DNA of 64,000 nt from Octopus sinensis. Lineage: Eukaryota. Where the stretch lies: assembly GCF_006345805.1 (NCBI RefSeq), contig NC_043026.1, positions 14,053,579-14,117,578 of the forward strand, given 5' to 3'. Position numbers and translations under genes: made by a program. Numbering within the stretch: the stretch's first letter is position 1; each line of letters starts with the position of its first letter. This document shows, in pieces, positions 1-12,089 of this stretch. The notes under the pieces are model-generated. The model had not been told where the DNA came from. It saw only the letters and a list, made by a program, of their open reading frames with translations, and searched no databases.

Positions 1-62
1 ATTTCTTTTTTTTTTTTTTTTTTTTTTGCAAATAAGCAACTCTCTGTTTTCGATTCCTGGGT

Positions 63-1007
63 TCATAGGATCATGCTCAAGGTGGCTTCGTCATTCATAC
101 GTGCCATTCTTGCTACATTCACCCATCTTTTTTTAAAACATTCGCTAGACAAAACTTGCCTCTCTACTCTCACTTTCCTTTTCAAGTGGTACTTGAAGAA
201 GTTGATGAGAGATTGACCAGAGAGAAAGTGTTTGTCTCCAATCCTTTCAGACGCGTCCACCAGATACATTCTTTCGCCATAGCCACAAGGATGATGAAAA
301 TAGCTCTTCCTTCCCGTTTGAAGGAAGGAGGCGTGACAATATTGACGATAGACTCAGCTGATAAACCGACTCGTCCCACACGTGACAGCAGTTGTTCGAC
401 ATAAGCCCACAGGTCGGAAATTGTTGGACACTAACGAGTGCGTGCAGAACGGTTTCGTCGCTCTGACCGCATCTCGGGCAGGTCGGCCCCGTGTTTCTCG
501 AGCCGTGTCTGTAGAGCTTATCCCGAACGGGTAGCGCTTCTCGGTAGCACTGCCAGGCCAGGGATCTCTGGAAGTTGTCCATGGGCCCTGGCCCGAAAGT
601 CGTCCCGAACAGGCGGGTCAGGTACTCCTCGTCGACGTCCAGGTTCGCCCCGAGCTCGTCGTCGTACCTCCCCTCCACTAAACCCCTATAGAATGCTTTG
701 GTTGTGTTGAAGTCACTTAAGGTCGACCCAGGACGGCAGAGTTGCTTGAGAGCAACGCGACACTCGCGGTGCCATTCGCCCTTCCTCGGCCTCTTTTTGA
801 TCCACGACTGCAGTTCGGTCATGGAGACGAGCTGCGGGAAAGCGTGCCTCACAAACGGCGACCACACCTGTTCACCGTCGTCTACATAGAGCCAGAGATG
901 TCGCAGTCTCAGCGCGTGTCTGCGCATCATCAACCACGGCATGCCCAGCCCTCCTTTTAACGGGTGTTGACAGCAAATGGATCGCCTGACCATCGGGACG
1001 CATCCTT
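63..1007 (-). mobile_element. 5'-truncated Tx1/L1-clade LINE, copy A (ORF2 C-terminal region with CCHC zinc finger)
   Basis: ORFs 247-993, 182-379 and 63-269 give MVRRSICCQHPLKGGLGMPWL, LAWQCYREALPVRDKL and CPRCGQSDETVLHAL, paralogous to 1322-2232 but clearly diverged. Confidence 0.85.
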
Positions 1008-1321
1008 AGATAGATAGAGAGATAGATAGATAACTTTCTTTTATTAGCCACACAGGGCTGAATACAGAGGGGACAAATACAAATGCAGAGCTTTTCTTTT
1101 CGAGGGTGGAAAAAATAAAAATGTAAGATTGCGATCAAAAGGGATCGAGAGGAGGAAAAAAGGAAAATCGTGTATCACAGAAATAATGGTGTAAACATTG
1201 ATATAACAAGATTGGGTTCATCCGTGGAAGAAAAGCCTACAGAAAAGACCACGGGAACCCCAGTCAGGGAGGAAATAAACACATGAGGTCAAAAATGCTC
1301 TCTTTCTTTCTTTTTTACGAT

Positions 1322-4300
1322 CTACAGGATCATGCTCAAAATGGTTTCGTTACTAGCACGCACCATCTTTGCAACATTCACCCATCTTTTTTTGAATCTT
1401 TCGCGAGACAAAACTTCCCTCTCCATTCTCACCTTCCTTTTCAAGTGGTACTTGGAAAAGTTGATGAGCGATTGGCCAGAGAGGTAAGTGTTTGTCTCTA
1501 ATCCTTTCGCTCGAGTCCACCACACACATTCTTTCACCATGGCCACCAGTACGATGAAAACTGCCTTGCCTTCCCGGTTGAGGGAAGGGGGCGGAGCAAT
1601 TCTCACGATAGACTCGGCCGATAGGCAGATTCGTCCCACACGTGACAGCAGCCGTTCGGCATAAGCCCACAGGTCGGAAATGGTTGGACATTGCACGAGT
1701 GCGTGCAGAACGGTTTCGTCGCTCTGACGCTCGGCGTCGGTCCAGTCCAGTGTGTCTGGAACCGTGTCTGTAGAGCTTATCCCGAACAGGTAATGCTTCT
1801 CGATAGCACTGCCAGGCCAGGGATCTTTGGTGATTGTTCATAGGTCCCGGCCCGAAAGTTGTCCTGAACAGGCGGGTCAGGTGTTCCTCGTCGACGCCCA
1901 GACTCTGCCCGAGTTCGTCGTCGCACCTCCCCTCCACTAATCCTCTATAGAATGCCTTTGTTGTGATGGAGTCGCACAAGTTCGATCCCGGACGGCAGAG
2001 TTGCTTGAGAGCAACGCGACACTCGCGGTGCCATTCGCCTAGCCTCGGTCTCTGCTTGATCCATGACTGTAGTTCGTTCAAGGAGACGAGCTGCGGGAAA
2101 GCGTGCCGCAAAAAGGCGACCACCCTGTTCACCGTTGTCTATGAAGCGCCGGAGATGTCGCAGTCTCAGCGCATGCCTGCGCATCATCAACCACGGCCAG
2201 CCCTCCAGCCCTTTAGCGGGTGTTGGCAGCAAATGGATCGCCTAACCATCGGAACGTTTCCCTTCCACAAGAAGCGGAAGAGTATGCGTTCCAGTTTGGT
2301 GATGGTAGGGTCGGGACAAGGCACGACGGTCAGACGATACTCGATGACGGATGCGATGTACGCGTTCGCCACCTCCGCCCGACCTTTTAGGGATAGCTTT
2401 CTCTCAGTCCATTTCTGGGTGAGAGTAGCCACCCTAGTCGTTATCTCGCCCCAGTTCTTCTCCATTTGGAGGTCCGGACCGAACCAGACCCCGAGCAATT
2501 TAACCGGTCCGTCCGTCCAGCGTCCCACGATGGAGACGCTGTTGGACGGCATGGGCTTGCTTCTCCAGGTGCCGAGCCGCAAGCCCACTGACTTTTCCCG
2601 GTTAATTTTTTCTCCCGTTACCGCTTCGTATTCTTTCAGTGTCTCGCCGACCAGCTCGATGTGCTCGTAGCTCGACACTATGACGGTGACGTCATCCGCG
2701 TATGCAGACACGCTCCTCCCGCATCCCAGCTCTCGTGGGATGCCCCTCAGCGTCGCCAGTTTCCGCAGTAGTGGCTCAAGAGTCAGTACATACAGCAGCG
2801 ATGAGAGGGGGCATCCCTGACGAACCGAACGCATGATGTTAAAAGGTCTGGATAGATGACCATTTACGCGAACTACTGAGCGGATGCCGCTGTATAAGGC
2901 AGCGATCCAACCGCGGAAAACTGGACCGAAACCAGCCGCTTTGAGGACAGCCTCCAAGTAGTGATGGTCTACCCTATCGAAGGCTTTTGATTGATCCAAA
3001 TTGATCAGCGCCCCACCATGCCAGGATTTTTAACTACCCTGTCTATGATGTAGCGCATCAGATGGAGGTTGTCATGAATACTTCTACCCGGCACGGCGCA
3101 TGTTTGCGCCTTGTCGATTAGTTTCTTGATGACAAGCGCCAACCTCTCGGCTAACACCTTGGCCAAAATTTTCAAATCTGCGTTGAGCAGAGTGATGGGC
3201 CTGAAATTATCTATGACGTCCCCCTTGTTTGGGTCTTTCTTGATCAGTGCCACTGCTCCTCGCTTTAAAAAGCAGGAATACTCCCGTTCTGCTGCCAGTT
3301 GCAGTAGACAGCTGCCAAGACGCCTCCAAACAAGTCTGGCATATGAAAATAAAATTCGTAGGGCAGACCATCCAAGCCTGGTGACTTGTCTCTCGCGCAG
3401 CCTACCATCGCATCCTGTACGTCCGCAGCTGTGATAGGCTTTTCACAAGACTCCACCTCCCTTGCTGAGAGTCGTGGCAAGGCATGCAGGTAGGCACTAA
3501 AGTCCACTCTGCTTTCTGACTCACCACTTGTCCCAAACAGTTGGGTGAAGTGTTGTTGAAAAACCCCACACATCCTTTTAGGCTCGAGCAATTCGCGCCC
3601 CTGTTCATCTATAAGAGACTTGATGGTGGCTCTGTTGCCTCGTTGCGTCTCCACCACTCGGGCCTCTTGGGCGGCTCCAACTCCTTCGTTCCTCAGAGCA
3701 CGCATCCTAGCTCTGACAACGCATCCCTCGTGTTTGGCGTTGAGGTGTTGGTCGAGGGCCAATCTCGCCGCCACTACGTTGGACGCGATGCCAGTTCTAA
3801 GTGCCTCTCTTCTAAAACTTAACTAATTCTCCCTCTATTCTATTTCGGTCTAATGCTAAGGCTCTACTGTATCTGACTGATTCTGCTTTAATCGCTTTTT
3901 TTAGGGCATACCACCATCTGTTGTTGATGATGGTACCCGTCAAAGCTCTCTTAACTAATGTGCTGATCCGGTCCCTGTAAACTGTCGTGCTGTAAAAGAC
4001 GCGTTCAGTTTCCAGTAACCAGGACCCTGCCTATGTGTCTTATCTAAGTCAAGTGTACAAGTCACAAACTTGTGATCTGTGTAACTGACTATATGAAATT
4101 GTGGACAACCTACACTATTTTTATCTATTGTCCTACAGAATACTCTGTCTAAGTATGATCTGGACGACCCGATGCGGTTACTCCATGTCCACATTGGCAC
4201 ATTCGGGTGGTCCAGTCGGTACCTGTCAGACAGTTGGAAACGTCTGAGCAGGTCTTTGAGGCATTTGCATCCCCTTCTATTGCTATCTCTGCCCACGTAG

Positions 4301-4766
4301 TCTAGATGCGTGTCCAGGGTGGCATTCCAATCCCCCACTAAAAGTAAAGGACGAGACGTTCCCATGAAAGACTCTAGACGTCGAAAGAAATCTGGTCGGC
4401 CTGTTAAGACGGAGCATAAACTGCTATCAGTCGAAAAGCACACTCATTGCTGCCATCGACATCAAAACGACCAGCCTACCCTCCGGGTCTAGGAAATTTG
4501 CTCTTACTTTGAGATCCAGACTCTTCCGGATAAGCACCGCGGTGCCACCCGCCCATTCTCGGTAGACACGGAGAAAAATAAATGTTGAAATGTGTACCGA
4601 AAATGTGCTGGAGTGCCCGCAAGCTGTGGAGTCTGGTCTCACTGATGGCTATGATATTCAGATTTAGTGACTTGATGTCATTTAACAGGTAGCCTTGTTT
4701 CCAAGGCGACCCCAAGCCACGTACATTTATACTACCTATTCTGAGCATGTTCCGATAAAAGTGCAA
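1322..4766 (-). pseudogene. Tx1-type ORF2 (apurinic endonuclease, reverse transcriptase, C-terminal CCHC), split by frameshifts
   Basis: APE motifs SINVRGL, IAISETRL, LVGDWNA, SYLDRVF, YTDHKFV; RT motifs NFRPITLLNADLKILAK, DQSKAFDRVDH, RQGCPLS, AYADDVT; spread over about nine track ORFs. Confidence 0.9.
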
Positions 4767-5460
4767 AAAAGAAAAGGAGAGAGAAAAGGTTACTTTTTTT
4801 CGAAAGTTCTTTGTCTTTCACCTCACGGTCTTCTTCTATGAGGCTTTTATACAGTTTTTTCGATGAGTACTTTTGAAATCTCCCTACTGCATCAGGGTAA
4901 AGAGATTTCAGGGTGCTGTATGTGTTCTGTGTCACGTGTATTATTTTAATGTGTTGTGGTGGTGTTGTATGTGGTGGTTACTTGTTTTTATGTCGTTTTC
5001 AGTAATGTTAGTGTTTGACCTAATGTGTTCCATTAGGTCGTGGTTGTTTGTGTTTATGGCTGTTAACATTTTTGGGGGTTTGATGATGGTGTGTTTGTGT
5101 TGATGTGTGTGTTTTCTGTGGATGTTTTTGTTTCGGGAGTGGTGTATCTTCCCGCTTTGTTTGTTATTTTTTCTTTTCTTTTTTTTCCCCTTTTTCTTCT
5201 CCCCCCTGTGGCTATTTGCCAATCTTCCGTGTCTTCTTCGTCTAATGACAGATCAGACGAATCGGAGTCTGGAAGAGGGAAAGAATTGGGGTCTATTGTC
5301 GACTGTGTTGGTTTTGTTGTTGGTGTTGGTTGGTGAGCGTTTGGTGTGGTGTATGCGGTTTTGGATGTGGGGTTTGGGTATTTTGTGTTTGGGTGATTGT
5401 GGGTATTGTGTGTTGTTTAGGGTCTCAATTTTGTGGGGATTTGGAGTTGTAATTGTTTCT

Positions 5461-6768
5461 TCATTTTTGTGGGTGGGTTTTTTGGCAGATGTCCTTGGTT
5501 TGGGAGTTGGTATATTCTTGGTTGTTGTTGTTGGTGATGCTGCTTCTGTTCTTGGTGCTGCAGTTGGTGTGGTTGTTTGTTTGGTGAGGTTTGTTCCTGC
5601 AAAAGTGGTGTGGGTAGTAAACCTTGTTTATTTGTTTTTGTTTCGGCTGCTGTTGTTGTTGCTGTTGTTTTCTTGCGGCAGATTTGCAGTCTTTTTTGAG
5701 GTGTTGCTCACTGCCGCATATGTAGCAACGTGGTCTTCTGCCATCGACGACCACATATAACTTGTGGTCGTCTGATACACATATCTGGGTGGGTATTTTT
5801 TTTATATCCTCATGATGTATATGTAGAAGAAATTCTATTTTTTGTCCCACCCAGTTTTTATGCTCTGTGACTGTGGTTTCCAAAATAGTATAATTCGCCA
5901 TTTTTACGCATAGGGCCTTTACAAGCCATAGACTATTGGCTATTTTGGGGACATTGTTTAGAGTGATCTTAGTCACTTTCTGTCCCCGATAGCTTGGTGT
6001 AAGTTGGAGTTCATCTGAGTGAAGAGTTAGCGTTGAGAAATGTCTAGCTAACTCTTCGGTGTGGAAAACAACTTGTATGTGGGCAAATTTGTTCCACCAG
6101 GTTACATATTCTTTGTGATCCCAGATGGGTTTCAAGCACTTCTCTATTTTGCTTGTGTTGGCCTTCTCTGGGATTTTTGTTTTTTTGTTAACTATTTTAT
6201 AAATGATTGTTCGTCTTTTTTCATTTTCCAAAATATCTTCTGGTATGTTTATTTTTACTATACCTTCTGATTCTGTTATTTTGATGTTCGTGTCCTGTAT
6301 TTGTTGAGCTGTAAAGTATATTGTTGTTTTTTTTTCTTTAATCGCCTCGGCGAAATTTGTTGTTGTTTTGTTATTGTTGTTGCTTGTGGTGATGTTGTTG
6401 TTGGCTGCAGTTTGTAAAATTGGTGTGTTTGGTTCGATCGTGCTAGTAGGAAGAGGTGGAAAATTGCCTGCGTACTTTAGTCCTGCACTAGGGCAAGATT
6501 CGACATTTCGTTTGCTTGTCGTCGTTATTTTTTCACTTGTTGGTGATGGAGTGAGCAGTGGTTGAAGGGAATTGTTGTTGTCGTCGTTGTTGTTGTTGTT
6601 ATTGTCGTTCTTGGTGACGGCGGTGGTGTTGGTAGTATTAGTAGCATTGACGGCACGGTCTTTGGTGGCGGTGATGGTGATGTTGTTATTGGTGGCGATA
6701 TCTTTAGTAGGGATAGCAGTTTTAGTAGCAGATTCTGCCATGGTTGTTGGTGGTGGTGGTGGACTCAC
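5461..6768 (-). CDS. Tx1-type LINE ORF1 (nucleic-acid binding protein, CX2CX4HX4C zinc knuckle)
   Basis: 435-aa ORF with a low-complexity T/N-rich N-terminus and VVVDGRRPRCYICGSEQHLKKDC, lying upstream of ORF2 on the same strand. Confidence 0.8.
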   Translation of the reverse strand: MSPPPPPTTMAESATKTAIPTKDIATNNNITITATKDRAVNATNTTNTTAVTKNDNNNNNNDDNNNSLQPLLTPSPTSEKITTTSKRNVESCPSAGLKYAGNFPPLPTSTIEPNTPILQTAANNNITTSNNNNKTTTNFAEAIKEKKTTIYFTAQQIQDTNIKITESEGIVKINIPEDILENEKRRTIIYKIVNKKTKIPEKANTSKIEKCLKPIWDHKEYVTWWNKFAHIQVVFHTEELARHFSTLTLHSDELQLTPSYRGQKVTKITLNNVPKIANSLWLVKALCVKMANYTILETTVTEHKNWVGQKIEFLLHIHHEDIKKIPTQICVSDDHKLYVVVDGRRPRCYICGSEQHLKKDCKSAARKQQQQQQQPKQKQINKVYYPHHFCRNKPHQTNNHTNCSTKNRSSITNNNNQEYTNSQTKDICQKTHPQK

Positions 6769-7147
6769 TGATGGTGTTGACGGTGCTTGGCCTTGCGACC
6801 TTTGTTTTGTATTTGTTGCTGTTGGTGGTGGTGGAGTTGTCAGGTTCGGCGTATGCTAACAGAGCATCCTGTTTTTCTGTTCTGCGTCACGCTTCACTTG
6901 CAACTCAGCCTCGTGGTGGCCAGTGGCCATTTTGGAAATAAAATGGCTAAATGAAACCACGAAGGCTATGAGAATTTTTTCTTTTAAATTTTGCCCACAA
7001 GGGGCAAAATTTTGTGTCGATATTTATCAAAGGTTTACAGTGGATGTTGTTGCACAACTTTTAAGCACAAAATGTTTGTCAATATACACTTTTAAATGGT
7101 CAAAATAAATGATTACCTTCGGAGCTGAAACGACATCACATCCGTCA

Positions 7148-7154
7148 GAGATAG

Positions 7155-7186
<32 letters not shown>

Positions 7187-7229
7187 GATAGATAGATAGA
7201 TAGATAGACAGATAGATAGATAGATAGAT

Positions 7230-7264
<35 letters not shown>

Positions 7265-7333
7265 GATAGATAGATAGATAGATGATAGATAGATAGATAG
7301 ATAGATAGATGATAGATAGATAGATAGATAGAT

Positions 7334-7376
<43 letters not shown>

Positions 7377-7395
7377 GATAGATAGATAGATAGAT

Positions 7396-7434
<39 letters not shown>

Positions 7435-7526
7435 GATAGATAGATAGATGATAGATAGATAGATAGATAGATAGATGATAGATAGATAGATAAGTAGATA
7501 GATAGATGATAGACAGACAGACGGAC

Positions 7527-7570
<44 letters not shown>

Positions 7571-7589
7571 GATAGACAGACAGACGGAC

Positions 7590-7653
<64 letters not shown>

Positions 7654-7962
7654 GATAGATAGATAGATAATTCGATAGACAGATAGATAATTAGATAGAT
7701 AGGTAGATAGGTAAATAGATAGATAGGTAGATAGATAGATAATTAGATAGACAGACAGATAGATAGATAGGTAGATAGATAGGGAGACAGACAGACTGAC
7801 AGACAGATAGATAGGGAGGCAGACAGACAGACTGACAGACAGATAGATAGGGAGGCAGACAGACAGACAGACAGACAGATAGATAGGCAGACAGACAGAC
7901 AGACAGATAGATAGGGAGGCAGGCAGACAGACAGACTGACGGACAGACAGATAGATAGATAC
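7148..7962. repeat. (GATA)n/(GACA)n compound microsatellite, about 0.8 kb
   Basis: Direct reading. Confidence 0.97.
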
Positions 7963-8154
7963 ATGAATAAGCACATAAATGCAAAACAAAGTGGATAATA
8001 GTACTTGAATACCGAAGGCAGAGTAACACGTTTCATGAAGCCAAAAAATCTTTCACACAATTAACATTCATCAGACAATTGTAATCACACACACACACAC
8101 ACACAAGACATTTGCATATACAGAGGAGGTAGAGGGAGAGAGATAACAGCTTAC

Positions 8155-8255
8155 TTGGCAAATTCGTTTTTATGGTCAGTGTTCACTTGACTTCCCTGCG
8201 TCGGACGGAGAGGGTGTTTCTGAAGGGCCAGCGACTGCAGGCGTTCCATGAGAAC
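8155..8255 (-). CDS. RNF207: RNF207 coding exon 8 (last one found in the window)
   Basis: TTGACAG|GTTCTC...GCCAA|GTAAGC; VLMERLQSLALQKHPLRPTQGSQVNTDHKNEFA; 101 nt, phase 0 to 2. Confidence 0.88.
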
Positions 8256-8460
8256 CTGTCAACACAATGTTCGAAACAGCTGTAATGCAAACACACCCAC
8301 ACCACCACCACCACTACTACTATCACTACTACTACTACCATGCAGATTACATAGCATCTATGTGGTAGCTCAAATTACTAGAAATAAGAGCCAAACCTCC
8401 TTCAAAGCACTCCATCAGATCTTAAAGGATATATTGGACAACAGACTTCTCTATACTCTC

Positions 8461-8690
8461 TTTACTCTTTTTACTTGTTTCAGTCATTTGACTGCAGCCA
8501 TGCTGGAGCACCGCCTTTAATCAAGCAACTCGACCCCAGGACTTATTCTTTTGTAAGCCCAGTACTTATTCTATCGGTCTCTTTTGCCGAACCGCTAAGT
8601 AACGGGGACATAAACACACCAGCATCGGTTGTCAAGCAATGCTAGGGGGACAAACACAGACACACAAACATATATATATATATATATACA
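8461..8690 (-). mobile_element. SINE family A, 3' half
   Basis: Matches the 3' part of the complete copy at 35506-35908. Confidence 0.85.
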
Positions 8691-8989
8691 TACTGTGTAT
8701 TTTCAGAAACATACAAGATGGGATGGCCATGGCAGGAATGCATTTTCTTTATATATTTGCTCGATCATAGCTCACAACTAACTACAACTCTACAGCTATT
8801 GATATTTGATATTTGCTCCGACGACTGGAGTAGCAGCATCGTCATCAACTGCTACAAAGTCGATTTGTTTGACTAAAAGCCTTCAAGGTGGTGCTCCAGC
8901 ATGGCTGCAGTCAAATGACTGGAACAAGTAGAAGAATAAAGGAATATATGACAACAAGAGGCCATATACCCGTGGCCTCTACCTAGGAT

Positions 8990-9503
8990 GTAGCCAGTCC
9001 ACTTATGCATACCTTTCCTTCTTGGGACACAAAACTCCACTTGTGAAGACCGGTTAAGGCAAGTGGAAATCAGAACCAAAATCAAAGTCGATCAACATCA
9101 ATGGAAATTGCAGCTGTGATACCAGTGCCAGTGGCACGTAAGCGAACCATCCGATCGTGGCCGTTACCAGCACCGCCCCGACGGGCCTCCGTGCCGGTGG
9201 CACGTAAAAAGCACCTTCCGATTGTGGCCGTTTGCAAGCCCTGTCTGGCACCTGTGCCGGTGGCATGTAAAAAGCACCACCCGATTGTGGCCGTTTGCCA
9301 GCCCCATCTGGCACCTGAGCTGGTGGCACGTAAAAAGAACCCACTACACTCACGGAGTGGTTGGCGTTAGGAAGGTCATCCAGCTGTAGAAACACTGCCA
9401 GATCAGACTGGGCCTGGTGCAGCCTTCTGGCTTCCCAGACCCCAGTTGAACTGTCCAACCCATGCTAGCATGGAAAGCGGACACTAAACGATGATGATGA
9501 TGA
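8990..9503 (+). mobile_element. Family E element (minisatellite-bearing, (GAT)n-tailed; probably a LINE 3' end)
   Basis: GTGCCGGTGGCACGTAAAAAGCACC repeats, then GGCGTTAGGAAGG...CATGCTAGCATGGAAAGCGG...(GAT)n. Confidence 0.8.
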
Positions 9504-9558
9504 AGAAAATGAACGAGTTAAATATAAAGAAATAAAGAAGAAAAAAAGTGAATCTTAC

Positions 9559-9700
9559 AAAAGATAAATTAAGGAATTCAAACTTATTGGCAGAACTTGA
9601 GAAGGCACTGCAGGTGACGAGGTTGACATGTAAGGTGGGTAGCAAAGTGTTGAGATAAAGTAGCTGGGCCTTGAACAGTTTCTCTTTGGCGTAGTATTGT
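9559..9700 (-). CDS. RNF207: RNF207 coding exon 7
   Basis: CTCTGCAG|ACAATAC...TCTTTT|GTAAGA; QYYAKEKLFKAQLLYLNTLLPTLHVNLVTCSAFSSSANKFEFLNLSF; 142 nt, phase 2 to 0. Confidence 0.92.
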
Positions 9701-9914
9701 CTGCAGAGGTGGTCGTTGTTGGATGCATGGATCAATGGACGGAGCAACAAAGAGAAGAAAAAGGAAGAAAAGAGAAAATATAAGAAACCTGAACATTTCA
9801 GCGGTGGTGCCCCAGCATGGCCGCAGCCTTTGGGCTAAAACATTTTTAAGGATTTAAGGATTTTTTTAAGGATACATGTAGACTTAGAAATATATCAAAC
9901 ACGTGATCAAAATA

Positions 9915-10452
9915 AATATCAAATGGAAATTGTAGTTACGACACCTGTGCCAGCGGCACATACAAAGCACTATCCGAAGGTGGCCAATGCCAGCGCTGCC
10001 TTGACTGGCTTCTGTGCCGGTGGCACGTAAAAAGCCACATCCGAACGTGGCTGATGCCAGCGCAGCCTCGCCTGCCCCCCGTGACGGTGGCACGTAAAAA
10101 GCACCAACCGATCGTGGCCGCCGCCAGCCTCCCCTGGCACCAGTGCCGGTGGCACGTAAAAAGCACCTTTCGACTACTGGACATCACAGAGGCAATGACA
10201 AATGATTGAGACCCTCTGATAATACATCGTGCTTGAGAAGAAGACCCTTCAAGCCGAGTGGAATGGCAGTCATGGCAGCTACTGGTGTCACACAACTGGC
10301 ACGTAAAAAGTACCCATTACACTCTTGGAGAGGTTGGCATTAAAAAGGGCATCCAGCTGTAGAAACCATGCCAAATCAGACGGGAGTCTGGTACAGCCCC
10401 GCTGCTTGCCAGCCCTGGTTCAATTGTCCAACCCATGCCAGCATGGAGAATG
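9915..10452 (+). mobile_element. Family E element (with internal insertion or rearrangement)
   Basis: Same minisatellite units and same 3' block as 8990-9503. Confidence 0.7.
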
Positions 10453-10577
10453 GTCCTCAACTGGGAGGGGAGAAGGTAGGAATGGAACACACTATCTTTG
10501 TGTTGCACTTTGATACTCAGTTGAGTAGCAGCAGGCGAAAGACTTGTTGGCTCAACAACTCCTACAACTAGGAGGAG

Positions 10578-10894
10578 GAGGTCAACACTCACCACCACCA
10601 CCACCACCACCATCACCACCACCACCATTACTACCACCACCATCACCACCACCAACACCACCACCACCATCACCACCACCACCACCACCACCATTACTAC
10701 CACCACCATCAAACCACCACCATTACACCACCACCACCACCACCACCACCACCACCACCACCACCATCACCACCACCATCATCACCACCACCACCACCAC
10801 CATTACTACCACCACCATCAAACCACCACCATTACACCACCACCACCATCACCACCACCATCAAACCACCACCATTACACCACCACCACAACAA

Positions 10895-10951
<57 letters not shown>

Positions 10952-10958
10952 CAACAAC

Positions 10959-10994
<36 letters not shown>

Positions 10995-11020
10995 CAACAA
11001 CAACAACAACACAACAACAA
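10578..11020. repeat. (CAC)n-(CAG)n-(CAA)n trinucleotide microsatellite block in an RNF207 intron
   Basis: Direct reading. Confidence 0.95.
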
Positions 11021-11102
11021 CTGTTGCTCCATTTTCAATCACAACAACAGCATCATATTTGAGAGATACAGACAGACAGACAATGATGGATGAGAGACTA
11101 AC

Positions 11103-11275
11103 CTTTTGACCTCCTCAAGAAGCTGGGTTTTCATTTCATTAATCCTGTGTAACATGGACTCGTAGAGTTCTAAGATAGCGTCCTTCTCTGCTTGTGACTT
11201 CTGCTGTATCTCGTCCAGTAGAGAACGTAACAACTGGATGCCTTCTTTCACCGAGTTCTGTAGTTCTTGGATTGA
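11103..11275 (-). CDS. RNF207: RNF207 coding exon 6 (coiled coil)
   Basis: GTGCTTCAG|TCAATC...CAAAAG|GTTAGT; SIQELQNSVKEGIQLLRSLLDEIQQKSQAEKDAILELYESMLHRINEMKTQLLEEVK; 173 nt, phase 0 to 2. Confidence 0.9.
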
Positions 11276-11370
11276 CTGAAGCACAAAAAAATGGAAGTCT
11301 TAAGGATCCACATGCACACAAAACCTTGTCATATGCTGTGCAAATCTCATCCCCGGTTACTGGTTACCTA

Positions 11371-12020
11371 TGGAGGCACGTGGCCTAGTGGTTAGAGCAG
11401 CGGACTCGTGGTCGAGGGATCGCGGGTTCGAATCTCAGACCGGCTGATGCATGTGTTTATGAGCGAAACACCTAAGCTCCACGCGGCTCTGGCAGAAGGT
11501 AATGGCGAAACTTCTGCTGACTCTTTCGCCACAACTTTGGTGGAGGCACATGGCCTAGTGGTTAGAGCAGCGGACTCGCACTCGAGGGATCACGGGTTCG
11601 AATCTCAGACCAGCTGATGCATGTGTTTATGAGCGAAACACCTAAGCTCCACGCGGCTCCGGCAGAAGGTAATGGCGAAACTTCTGCTGACTCTTTCGCC
11701 ACAACTTTGGTGGAGGCACATGGCCTAGTGGTTAGAGCAGCAGACTCGCAGTCGAGGGATTGCGAGTTCGAATCTCAGACCAGCCGATGCATGTGTTTAT
11801 GAGCGAAACACCTAAGCTCCACACGGTTCCAGCAGAAGGTATAATGGCGAAACTTCTGCTGACTCTTTCGCCAAAACTTTCTCTCACTCTTTCCTCCTGC
11901 ATCTTGCAGCTCACCTGCGACGGACCGGCGTCCCGTCCAGGTGGGGAACCTATACGCAAGAAACCGGGAGACCGGCCCTTATGAACCAGGCATGGTTCGA
12001 GAAGGAACAAACAAACAAAC
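11371..12020 (+). mobile_element. SINE family C (tRNA head, V-domain-like core) with the head region triplicated
   Basis: A box TGGCCTAGTGG and B box GGTTCGAATC repeated at 11371, 11541 and 11711 (170-bp unit), then CCTGCGACGGACCGGCGTCCCGTCCAGG and a (CAAA)n tail. Confidence 0.8.
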
Positions 12021-12089
12021 TGGTTACCTAATGTCAACATAGAGTGGAAATGCTCCTGCTACTTCATATACATCGACAATTCTATACTA

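Larger units (their letters stand above)
1035..6920 (-). mobile_element. Near full-length Tx1/L1-clade non-LTR retrotransposon, copy B (about 5.9 kb)
   Basis: ORF1 with zinc knuckle, followed by ORF2 with APE, RT and CCHC domains, a pyrimidine-rich 3' UTR and a terminal AATAAAAGAAA on the minus strand. The 5' boundary is approximate. Confidence 0.9.

Noticed and set aside
6-27. Poly(A) tail of Tx1 copy A
   Set aside because: Only about 35 nt after the stop, whereas copy B has an about 290-nt UTR with an A-rich patch at a similar position; it cannot be told apart from UTR sequence at the window edge.
10544-11062. 172-aa poly-Pro/Thr/His/Gln/Asn ORF
   Set aside because: Translation of intronic (CAC)/(CAG)/(CAA) microsatellites; no splice or homology support.
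11371-11450. tRNA genes (also at the heads of SINE A, B and D)
   Set aside because: A/B boxes are present but continue into conserved SINE bodies; no complete acceptor stem or canonical anticodon arm.
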